The notes under the pieces are model-generated. The model had not been told where the DNA came from. It saw nothing but the letters and a program-made list of their open reading frames with translations, and made no database searches. The translations under genes and the position numbers were made by a program. This document shows positions 26,201 through 38,660 of a stretch of 64,000 nt of DNA, one piece after another. Positions within the stretch are counted from its first letter, which is position 1; every line of letters starts with the position of its first letter. This DNA comes from Trichoplax adhaerens (lineage: Eukaryota > Animalia > Placozoa): contig NW_002060945.1 of the NCBI RefSeq assembly GCF_000150275.1, forward strand, positions 6,873,607-6,937,606, in the 5' to 3' direction.

Positions 26201-27099
26201 CTTAAATCTCTCAGCAAATATCAGAAAAATAATCGAATTTTTATAAAAAATTACGAGTATGGTCTTGCATGCTACGTTGTAAATAGCCTACTGCATCGGT
26301 TACATGCAGTATATCCCACTTTATTTATCATTTCATTACTTGACTAATTTTTTTAACGATAGTATGTATCAAGTATTTATTTATACCACAACTTTAAAGT
26401 ACACAAAGGTTCCATCTATTTAAACTTAACAGAAATGTTCTACCACAGGAGAATCACATAATAACGGTATAGTAATTTGATTTTCAATTCAAATGGAGCT
26501 GAAAGATTGATATTTATTGGATGACAAAATGGAACAATATTTATGCGATATAAAGGTTAATGCTAGATTTATAATTGGATATATTATCTTTCAGTAATAC
26601 AATTATATAAATAGCCCAGATTGGAACTTAATAAACAATAAGACTATAAACTTCTAAGCTTGATATTTAAATTGATATTTTATTTAAATCGCCCAAAGTA
26701 AGAAGGAATACATCTAAATAAAGTAGGTGGGGAAATCAACGGGCACAATAAATACGAGGATAATAAACTACTAATCTGGGCAGGCAAATTAACATTTATT
26801 TTACTAAATCAACCACTGGAAATAAAAGCCCTGAATAAACTAGAAACGTTGATATAGTAAAATAGACAAGAAAAATCTTAATAAATAACTAGGCTGTCAT
26901 CAAGTATAATTCTAGTATCTCCATGGCCATTTTACTTAGTCCATCCAAAGATCATCTCGGAGGTAATAACTGCAGTATAGATTATTAAGCTGAAAATAAG
27001 AATTAGAAAGAGTTTAATGTACAGCAAGTCTCTAAGGTTACTAATCTTAACATATCTACTATCATGATTTTTCTACTGTAAAGGTAATTTCCGAAGCTA

Positions 27100-28400
27100 T
27101 ATGCTGAGTAAATGAGATAAAGTATGCGGGAGTAAAAAGATCTTAATAACATCAAGACTTGGCTGCTTATCTTAGCGATAAGTTTAGCCCATCTTTGTTC
27201 TTTCAAAGTCACTATTAGAATAAGTAAGTCTAGCAAAGTAGACTCATTGACTGGATAGAATAAGACCTCAATAAAGGACAAGATTACTGCCAAGTAATCT
27301 TAAAATCTAAATGAAACATGCTATCTATAACATATTCAAGGGCCATTTAAAAGTTGTACAAATCATCAAAATAGAAAAAAATTAAAAGAACTTAATACGC
27401 AGCAAGCATAGCAATAGAATAGTATTGTTAACGTTCAAATAAGTTTGATTTTAGTACTTCGCAGATAATCTTCGAAGCAACATACAGAGCAAATTAGGTC
27501 GAATAGGTAAGAGAATAAAGATGATGTTAATAATATCAAGACTTGGACTAGTTATCTCAGGTATCAATCTAGCCTACAGCTTGTTAGCTCAAAGCTAATA
27601 TTAGAATAAATAGATGGAATAATTTAAAATTATTGATTAAATGAACATAAGGCTGTCTACAATTAATCAACAAGGTTCTTGCCAGGTAATTTTAGCATCT
27701 AAATTAGTATCTTATTGAATACCATTCTGGAACATATCAATTTAATATACGCGTATTTGATATGTATTTATTTAAACGTCTTTTCTGATATGAGCAGATG
27801 TATGGATCTGATATATATCTATTTCATATCTATTTCAAATAGATATACATATATATATTTGTTATACGTATGTTTGTATACATCTATTTATGACATCTTT
27901 CGATATCTTAATAAGTGACAAGATCGTCGCCAAGTAACCGTGACATCTAAATTAACTATTATAAATGCATTCGAAGGCTATCTTGGAAGCTTTATAGATC
28001 ATCACGACGAAGAAATGATAAAAATGGCTTAATATACTGCGAGATTATTGATAGAATAGTATTCTTAACGTTTAAATTAACTTAATTTTAGGATTTTGCA
28101 AACAATCCTCCAAGTAATGAGCCGAGTAAAGTAAAGAAGTTGGAAGTAAAAAGGTCTTCATACCAGCCATACCTGGACTACTCACTCATGTTAGCTCTTA
28201 GCCTACTGTTAGTACAAAGCCAATATTAGAATTAATAGGCCGAGTAAAGTAGAAATATTGATTCGATAGGCAAAAAAATGATGTTGTTAAGTAATAAGAT
28301 TGCTGTTAAGTAATTTTAATATCTAAATTTGCATGTTATTGGATACATTTATAAAGTTAATCTTAAAAGTAATCAAGATCATTAAGATAAAAGAGTGATA
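27100..28400. repeat. Degenerate ~385-bp tandem array (about 3 copies) between CLC-B and CLC-C
   Basis: Recurring atcaagacttgg, aaag..aatattagaat, caag.tt.ctgccaagtaat.tta..atctaaat (~27280, 27670, 27918, 28295) and atagaatagtatt.ttaacgtt.aaat (~27413, 28050). Confidence 0.7.
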
Positions 28401-29749
28401 GAGCTTCATGTGGGGCAAATGCCGATAGATTTTTAATCTTAATATTTAAGTAAACATACTTTTGACTACTTTAAAGGTATCGTTAGAAGTAATACTATAT
28501 AGAGTATGTAAGGGAGGAAAAGGAGCTTCAACATCATCATGATAGACTAATAATTTTAATATTGAATCAGTATACAGAGCAATCATCCTAAGCCTATAAT
28601 AATCAGGAAAATCTTTATTAATAACGAGGCTGTTCTCCATTACCTTCTAGCATAAAAATTAGCGTGTCTTAGGAGTATTCTAAGGTAACCTAAGAGTGCA
28701 ACAGATCAATTAGATCGAGTAGTAAACTAGATGAAAAGGAGAAGCTTTATAAACACAGTATAGAACCTCAAATAAACGAGAAAGAACTATATACTTTATA
28801 AAAAATAATCCACTTCATCATTCGCAAGGTTATAAACTACTAATCTTATTTTAGTCCGAACAGAAATTCAAAACTAAGACCCAATGTCGAAATGTAGAGT
28901 GTTTTGATATAAGCATAAAGCGAAATAAAGTCTTAATTATGTCTATTAAAATAGGACTGTAATAAAGGAAATCAATTTCTCATCTTAAATCAAGCCAGGA
29001 GAGAATGGTAGAGTATCATTTCAATCTTCATGTTCATTTTTGGCATAAATCAATAAAGGAACAATCAGACTTTAGACCGATATATCTGAAGATCAATAAC
29101 GGCTAGAATATTTTAAATGCGATATAATATAATATAAGGCAGAGTGAGAGGGAGAGAAAATATTCTCTCCATGTATACAGACAATGAATCAGATGATATT
29201 CATGGAGCTTTTATTTGCTTAACCTAGCAGCTTAGCCTGCACAAGATATTATATCATGACCTTGGCTGTGTAAACTAACAACAGTCAACAAAACCACCCA
29301 ACCCTCTTTCTCCTCCCCTTCCAGTTCCAGGTAATGCTTCATTTAGAGAAATGATAGCTATTATCCACCAATCCAAAGCCAATAGATTTAATAGTAGTAA
29401 TTTATTAATCTTATTAATATTTAATAGGAGAAAAATAGGTTTCAGGAACAGTTTTTAATTGGTAGATAAAGCGTTGACATTAATTGAGCCAACAATAACG
29501 GGTAAATAACATGAAGGCTTCATCGTTCTTTGTTAAAATTATGACTAATTCACTACTTAAGTTATCCAAGATTGGATTATTATCGATATCCTACTGTTGA
29601 TGGATAGAAGATTTACAATATTCAATTTATCATAGCAACACGCCCAAGCTATAGAATAATCATCATTAGTAGCAACTCTAATTCTGTTTAAAAGATTACC
29701 AATAGCTCGCTTTATCCTATGATTTCATTCGTAAAGAATCAATGTAAAA

Positions 29750-32700
29750 ATGGAAGAGAAAAATGGTGAAAAAATGGTTGAAATTCGCCAAAGGCGAAAA
29801 GCTGGATTATCAATATTTGGAGGGAAAAGCCTAGAAGAGCAATTGCCAGTCATTAAAACTCGATTTTTCCAAATTGGACGTGATCTTGGAGGATCAAGCC
29901 ATCATCATCAATATACTAAGAAAGAAAAAGAATTATTATCAAGATACAGTAGTGCTGATTATTTCCCACCTCATAGTCAAGTTTATAAGGTATCTGTAAT
30001 GCAATTTATTTCACTTCCAAGCTATATTTGATATTGATTCTTCATTAAAATTATTGTCAAGATACAGTAGTCCTAATTATTTCCCCACGTATAGTCAAGC
30101 TTATAATGTATCTCCAATACAAACTATTCTATTTCCGAGTTATTCTTTTACATTGATCCTTGATCGAGAATATTTGTCAAGATCCAGTAGTACTGATTAT
30201 TTCTCACCTTATAGTCAAGTTTATAAAGTATCTCTAATGCTAGTTATTTTATTTCCAACTCATTTTTTATACCGATTCTTGATCAAGAATTGTTGTCAAG
30301 ATACAATGGTATTGATTACTCTCCACCTAAAAGTTAAGTTTATAAAGTGTCTCCAATTCAAATTTACATTGATCCTTGATCAAAAATTGTTGTCAAGATA
30401 CAGTAACGCTTATTACAGTAACGATTATTTCCCACCTCATAGCCAAGTTTATCAAGTATCAGCGATACAAATTATTTTATTTCCAAGCCATTATTACATT
30501 GATTCTAGATCAAGAATTGTTGTCAAGATACAGTAGCGCTGACTATTTCCCACCATGTAGTCAAGTCTTTAAACTATCGGCAATGTAAATTGCTTTAATT
30601 CCAAGCCATTTTTACATTGATTCTCGATCAAGAATTGTTGTCAAGATACAGTAGCGCTGACTATTTCCTACTTCATAGTCAAGTTTATAAGGTATCTCCA
30701 ATGCAAATTATTTATTTCCAAGCCACTTTTGACATTGATTCTTCATTCTTATTTTACTCAACTTTAAAATTAGTACTAGCGATTACATTCAAAAACGTTG
30801 TATTCAATGTATGAAGTAAATGGATCGTTTTTACTGTCATTGACATTGGAGAGTTTAAGCCCTGCGTATCTTTAGGCAAGAGTAATAAAAATGGTATTTC
30901 AACCTTCATTTTATACACTTCTATAAATAGCATTGGTTGCTCAAACATGCTCGCAACTTAGACTGGGATCGATGGCTAATGATGGGAATCATTGGGCTCT
31001 GTGTTGGTTTGGTTGGCTTCTTTATGCATCAATTTATTAAGCTGATTGCTGAGTAAGAAAATAGTAACGTCCATGACGATGATATTGTGTCTATAATTTG
31101 TCGACGATAGAATTGATAGGAATGCATAATCCAACATTTTTTCTCTTTCTCTCTTGCTCATCTTTCACTCCTTATCCCGTATGAATTAGAGCACGATGGG
31201 ATGTTGCATACCTTCATGTTGCTGTAAGTAGATCTATACCTTTTATTATTATCCTCAATTAAAACTCTATTAAAACTTGTACAGTATATGAAAGCAACTA
31301 TACTTACTAATTTTGCATTCCAACTTTCAATTTGCGATCATTTATTGATTTATAGTCCTGCTATCCACATTTTACTTTTTCTAGTCTGGTAATCATGCAA
31401 CCGCTCTAGGTTGGATTGCACTTATCAGCATCCTGTTAGCGTTAACATCAGGAGCTCTAACAGTAGTAAGTGCTCATGAATATCCATTTAAAATGCAATC
31501 CAATTAACAACATCTTATTCTCTAACTTCTCTCTCATTCAATTGATGCTATTCTTAGCTTTTTTGTTTTCCGGCTGCTGGTTCCGGCTTGCCGGAATTAA
31601 TTGGCTACTTAAATGGCACCATTATTCCGGAAATATTTGGATTGAAAACATTTTTTGTTAAATTTGCATCATGTGTATGTGCCGTAGGCTCTGGTCTACC
31701 TGTCGGTCCTGAAGGTCCAATGATTAGCTTAGGGTAAACTTTTTAGATTGCATTGAGATTTTAATTCCATTTTTATTCTTGACTTGCACACCTTTGATAT
31801 TATCAAACGTGGATTGATACTCGTATAGTAAATTTTTGCCATCTAGTTGTCAATCGCTGCAGAAAAAAAGTGATTGATGATAATGAAATTCGATCGTTTC
31901 ACTGTCAATCAGCAAGGAAAAGTTTTCTTGCTATAGCCAATTTTTATCATATTATGAATCCATCAAAGAAAAGTTGATGACAGTTGATTTTATCTTACCG
32001 TGAATATCTTAACCGAATAGTGATGATTCTCTCAATTTTACACGTAGAGGGCTAATCGGTTTAGGAGTTAGCCAAGGCAGATCGAAATTTTTCGGCCGCT
32101 TCTTACCGTTCGGACGATTTGAGAATCCTGAAGACAGGTACAACTCTTAATCTTGCCATTGACTAGAGCAACAGCTTTCGTTGAGTTGCTCATTTATAGG
32201 AGTTTAAACTCTTTAAGCTGTCTCTAATCAAATAAAAAGCATGTCTATAATATATAGCTAAATAAAATTACATCTTTAGCTATCATCATTATAAAAAATG
32301 CTCATACGTATCATAAATATATATTAGTATACTATAGAAGTCAATCCTACTATCATAGCAACGTAAAGGGAACTACAATAGCTTTCGCCATTCTATTTCA
32401 ATCTGAATGTTGATAGAATTGAATTTGAAGCATTTCTTTACTAATTCTCAAAATCCAATAATTCCCTACACTGCTATAGAGTTACTCTATCGATATATTG
32501 TAAGAACTACAATATTCATGATAATTGACAATAATATCGATAGATAATTATTACCTCCATCTCTGGACTCAGAAATGAATAAATGTCTCATATTAAAATA
32601 CAGTAGCGAAACAGCTATTATCATAAAACTTATAATTAATCATTATATCTTGTAGTCTATTAATTTTCTTGAAATATTACCCAATTCTAGGAGAAACTTT

Positions 32701-35700
32701 GTTAGTGCTGGAGCAGGTGCTGGTGTAGCAGCAGCTTTTGGTGCACCAGTTGGAGGTTTACTCTTTGCTATGGAAGAAGTCGCATCATTTTGGAGTATAA
32801 AACATGGCTGGATGACATTTTTCTGTTGCATGACCTCTACATTTATTACGGTATGCAATGAAAACTCTTCTATTCACATCTATATGAGTAAAAAGGAGCA
32901 GATATTATTCTCTAGCAGTTATATTATTTAATAATTTGTCAGTAGTCCCCTATTCAAATCTATACGGTCTTCATAATAAGGAGTAAATATTATTCTCTAC
33001 TGGTTATATTATCGAATGATTTTGTCTATCCGATCATCTTCCTTTTACTTTTTGAAATCATGCTACTTAGGATCTTTTCAATTCAGCTTTTTCGGGTTTC
33101 CAATATAGCGGCGATTTTGGACAGTTTAAACCAAGGCGTTATATCTTATTTGAGGTTGAATTATTTAATAATATTATTGAGCGCTAACTATTATTAAGAA
33201 ACCCCCATACCGATATTGATCGCTATCAATACAGTCCTATTAAAGAGTGAGAAAAGTATTTTAAACGAGTAATAAAATTTACTTAGGTAACACGAGAAAT
33301 CCCAGTTAATATCTTAGCATTTTTACCGGCTATTATCATTGGCATTATTGGGGGTTTTCTTGGCGCATTATTTACCTTCCTTAATCTAAAGGTATTTTTA
33401 ATTTTAAAGCACTAAACGCTCATTATCACCATTCAATGGAAGATGAGTCTCCAAAGAATCAATTTATTTTCTTTTGCTAGTTTGCTCGTGCTCGACTCTA
33501 TGTCGTTAATCTTTTTAAAAGTACATGGGCTAAGAAATTGGTCCGAATTTTAGAACCGACAATTATCATGGTAAGTTGCTCTGTCTTTTGGTCTTTATAA
33601 ATATAATGTAATTAGAAACAAATAATTGAGTTTGAATTAATTTTTGTCTATCTTCAAAATTAAAATTAGACCTAAAATAGCTATATACCAATGTTAGCTG
33701 AACAAAGTATTATCTCTATCTATATTTTCATATTCTATCATTAGACCATCATGGCGGTTATGTCGGTATATCTTCCATCAGCATTTCCCTGCACACCATT
33801 TCAATGCGTTTCTTCAGTCAGAAATAATTCTTACTTTGGCCCTCTTTGTGAAAGTGGTAGCCAATATAAAATTCGTACTGAAGACGAAGTTATACGCTAT
33901 CAATGTCCAGAAGGAACAGTTATCAATATGTCTTCAACTAAAGTCTATAATAACAACAGTTATAATCAAGGTATTCAAGCTAAATATTTAAAGTGATCAA
34001 ATGAGATATTCTAGGCAAATAGAGAGAGACACCATAATATAGTTAAGATATAGATAAAGCTCAAAATATACTCTACTACTATTTCATTAAACCATTTATC
34101 ATGGAGAATTTTGGTTTGTAGTTATATCATATTCTGCATTACTACAGCTTTTCTTACTCACTTATACATCAATTTACTTTCCGAAACGATATCGACCATC
34201 AAATTTAGATCATATCTTGCGTTATTTTTATCCAACTTATACACCTATCCTAGTAGTATTTAAAATCATGATAGATATATTCAGTAAGTAGGCATAGTTT
34301 ACAAGTAACTTTTATACATGCTTACAATAATTTTAGAAAACAGCAAGTAATTCCCAATAAACGATGTATTCAATGCAGTAGATATCTTAAGCTCAAGATA
34401 GGCTATATTGCTATCTTATTAAACAATTAATTATGAAAAATTTAAGTTTATTATCGTATCTTGTTCTATATTACTAGAGCTATTCTTGTTCACTTATACA
34501 TATATGATTAATCATTATCAATCTATTTAATGACACTCATGATATACTGTATTTTACTTTCCTAAACAACATTGATCATCGAATTCAGATCATTTCTTGT
34601 GCTATTTTTATTCACTTACGCAACTACTATAATTATCAATCCATTCTAGTGGCAACATTAATTACACAACAAGGAGAAGAAGCAATCCATCGCCTCTTTT
34701 CTCGTCAGACTTACTACCAATTCGATTACGTGTAAGAATTTAAAAATGTATAAGTATACTCGTATACAATTAATTAAAAATAATATGTTAATGAACAAAT
34801 CCACTACTTTTGCCAATTCACTAGGCCTTTGCTTGTTGTCTTGGGACCTTATTTCATTTTGGCTTGTTGGTCCGCTGGCACAGCTGTTGCATCTGGATTG
34901 GTCGTACCCATGCTGTAAGATTACTTACTTGAAATAAATCAATTTAGCCCCAATTTAATCTTAAATCCCTATTTCATTATCAAAATAATCGATTACTGTA
35001 GCTTGATTAATGAAATAAACAAGAAATAACGAATGCTAAAAAATCGTTTTCTATATGCTACTTTATAAAAAAATGAAGCACCGTAAACTCAATATGCTAT
35101 ACCACCTTGATTAATGATGATGATTTACGATTCCTATCTTGATATTCCTATACCTTTCAATAATTATAGGTTTATTGGTGCTTTATACGGCCGAATTATA
35201 GGATTATCTTTAGTATCTCTATTTGGTGTCCATCAATCAGGTAACGCGATAGAAACCCTCGCATTTTATATATGCCACAAATCCGGAAGGAAAGTTAATT
35301 TGTCTAGCATTCGTAATTTGCTCAATGCTCGTGAATACTATAAGATTCAAAATTCTTAATATTGATCAGTTATTTCTTATATTAGTTTGCACCTAGTCCT
35401 ATACTTATTTGTTTTATTATCGTATCTTAAATTAACAATTCTTAATTATCATTGAAAGGATACTGGGCATGGATGGATCCTGGTGCGTTTGCTTTAGTCG
35501 GTGCTGCTTCCTTCTTCGGAGGCGTTTCTCGGTTAACAATGTCTCTAACTGTGATTATGGTATTGCTTGATATTACGAAATTAAATAACTAATATCGCCA
35601 CGTTAAACTTTGTCCCAAGTATAGAAGCCGCAATTATAAGTAGAATTCTCACTTTAGAAATCAACATGAGTAAATTAGAACCGTTAGTTATATGTTCTAT

Positions 35701-37562
35701 TTACAAGTATCGATCTCATAATTTCTTATTCTATTACACTATCAACTCCATTGAACTAGTATCATAAGATTCTCTAAACTCAATTTTCGTGCCTAATTCT
35801 CTTTTAAAACTATTGAATATGTATAGATGGAAATCACCAATGATGTCCAATTTTTATTAGTCATCATGACCAGTATCTTGGTCGCAAAGTTAATTGGAGA
35901 TTACCTAACTCATTCGCTATATCATTCCTTACTGGAATTGAAGTGTATTCCATTCCTTGATCATTCTCCATCATCCTTAAACCATCATCAGTAGTAAGTT
36001 TATTACTAAAATCCTTAGACATTTTAGAATAGTTTGTTTAGAACTAATTGTATTTATTGATATGATGACTAGCCCGAATCATGAATTTTATACGATAGGC
36101 GATATCATGACCCGTGATCCACAGGTAACAAAGTGTTCAATTTATATACATATATGTATATTTATTGAGAATATCTGATTTTTTAAAATCCTTTAAAGTA
36201 TCACTAGATAGAGTGATCTCCCATCAATCACTAGATTATAAAGATATTTAGCCAAAATGATGAAAGAGATTCATATCAAAGATGATTTTTATGCTATAAT
36301 TATATAGTGTTTGCAAGAGAGAACGTCAGTTCGTGATCTAGCCAAATTATTAGTCAATAACGATCATCATGCTGGTTATCCAGTTGTGACAAAATCCAAA
36401 AGACATGATGAACAAATCTTTCTTGGATTAATTACGGAACAAGAGCTTTATGGCCTATTTTCAACTAGTAAAGATATTTTTATAGGACCCGATGATGATG
36501 GTTCCAAGACACCAACAGCTTCGTATGATGTAGTAAGTTAAATGACATTTACATGATCCTTTCTATCTACTATTCCATTTTCTATTAAGAACGTTGACTA
36601 AGACTAATTCCTTGATACCTAAATTATAGATTGAATTAAAGTTTCATAATTTCTTTAGCTTGAAGATGTAAAACATTAAATATTGAATATTAAACCAATC
36701 AACAATATCATTAATGATACCATTTTTTGCTTTTTGCAATTTCTCTGCAATATTAGTTGCGAGATGTGAAATACAGTGATGATTTAGCAATTGATATCAA
36801 AAGATACGCTAGCGAGGAAGAATACGATCAGAAATTTGTCGATTTAAGACCCTACATAAACAAATCCTCCTTTTCTATTCCCGTATCATTCTCTCTTCGC
36901 CGTTGTTATATTCTATTTCGAACGATGGGCTTAAGACATTTAGCAGTGGTCGACGAAGATAATCGGTAATGCTATAATGTTTGAAAGATGAACTATTCCT
37001 CGATATCTCCAGCATTTTAGTAGCATTTTAATTCTTTTAGATCTCGATTACTACAATCAGTTTATCTTGCACTGTTATAATATCTACGTTGACTTTAATG
37101 ATAGAAGAAGGCTATGTAGAATTAGTCTTAAACTTTTTATTCGATTTTGTTTACGTTGTTACCCAATATACAATATCTATCCTAGATTAAGATGAGGTTA
37201 GCCTTTAAAAATCTTGCTGTCCTCAATCTGATCTACCTAGTATTGAATACAAAGCTGTTAATTTAATCTTTTAAGCACATAAATTGGCTATTGCACCCTT
37301 AATCATAGATATACTGTACTGTAGACTGAATTCATTATCATGATATCCACATCGACCCTATGGTAAATCCAATAAATTATTCAATACGATCTTATATAAT
37401 TCTATTTACATTTACATTCATTCTCTTCTTAATTACTGTAGATGTGTTGGCATAGTTACTAGGAAAGATCTAATGGGATTTCATATAGATGAAAAAATTA
37501 GAGCTAAAGAAGAGCAAAAAGAAGAAGAAGAATTAACACCGATATCTACAGCAGCTTTTTAA
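29750..37562 (+). CDS. CLC family Cl-/H+ exchanger, paralog C, ~20 coding exons
   Basis: Approx. exons: 29750-29989, 30931-31052, 31190-31223, 31385-31465, 31558-31733, 32048-32137, 32691-32850, 33071-33154, 33287-33391, 33481-33570, 33745-33970, 34650-34731, 34825-34914, 35170-35240, 35459-35559, 35828-35994, 36073-36124, 36308-36532, 36757-36965, 37442-37562. Motifs: [48 protein letters not shown]. Confidence 0.93.
29928..30742 (+). repeat. ~120-bp tandem array (7 copies) made of the CLC-C exon 1 3' end, donor and intron start
   Basis: tcaagatac(a/c)gtag..ctgattatttcccacctcatagtcaagtttataaggtatct recurs at ~29939, 30057, 30177, 30296, 30393, 30523 and 30641. Confidence 0.92.
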
Positions 37563-38164
37563 ATCAATTTTGTTACGCATTTTGTGTGACAATTTTCTTA
37601 TCCAGAAACATTTAAATTACCCAATCGTCTTTAATTAACAACATGATATAATCGATGACTGAATGGCTGTTAATAACGATGTTTTATTACTTTAATTCTA
37701 GAATTAATTACGGTTGGTGTTAGCATAATAAATCAGCAGGGATATAGTTGATTTATTATGATTCCTTTGTTTGTGTGACGATCACTGTGACCATTATTTT
37801 GGTAATATTTTAGCTTTGCCTAACGAAATCAGTTTTTTTAATACTTCAGAAAGATGGATTTATGAGTAAAGCTTAATGCTTCGAAATTTGTATGATAAAC
37901 ACTTATTGAGCTAGTATAGTAGATGTATGCTTAAATATATAACTTTGTACAATTTTGAAATAAAATATTGTAGTTTTAACTTGCACTATTTATGGTAGCG
38001 ATGAAGAACTCTTTTGCTTTCTTTCCCCTTTCACAAGGAATATTGCTACTATTTTATAGCATTGTGGCTTTAGCACCGTAGCTACTGTAGTACAAAACCT
38101 GTTGATATGATTGCACAGCAATTTAGCAGTTTACTTTCTGATTAATCCATGCTCATACGAGTGA

Positions 38165-38660
38165 TTCGAGTAATTCATGAAATGAACTACTGAAATGAAT
38201 TATTCATTGATTTATTAATGTAAGGCTGCAAAGTATTGATTTAACATAATAAAATAGAATACGTACGTGCTTACGTGTATTTACTAAGGTAGCTGTTTTT
38301 CCTTCATGAACAGCCACCAATAATGCTCATCATTTCGTGGAATTACTCATTACTCAGTTAATTTAAGGCTGCAAATGCTAATTTAGCGTAATAAAAATTT
38401 ATAGAACGTTTAAATTTGCTTCTACTCGTACTTAGCTAGAGTAGCCTTTTCCTTCATGAACAGCCTCTTACGATGCTCATCATTTCATGAAATTACTCAT
38501 TGCTTAGTTAATTTAAGGCATCAAATTTTGACTTGATTTATAGAGCACGTATGTCTGCTTATACTTACCAAAGTAGCAGTTTTCCCTTATGAACAGCCTC
38601 TAGCAACATTCATCATTTCATGAAATTTATTCATTTGCCTAATTAATTCATGGCTACAAA
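38165..38660. repeat. ~130-150-bp tandem array (3-4 copies) downstream of CLC-C
   Basis: ttcatgaacagcc...tcatcatttc.tg.aatt.ctcatt...gttaatttaaggc at ~38303, 38453 and 38587. Confidence 0.85.

Noticed and set aside
30054-30536. 160-aa ORF inside CLC-C intron 1
   Set aside because: Non-ATG start; a by-product of the repeat array that drifts out of the exon frame.
29928-30742. Repeat/spacer-like periodicity suggesting a CRISPR array
   Set aside because: Whole units are homologous with no unique spacers, the context is eukaryotic and there are no cas genes.
18151-37562. U12-type introns in the CLC genes
   Set aside because: No (G/A)TATCCTT donor found; gtatct and gtattt donors fit the U2 type.
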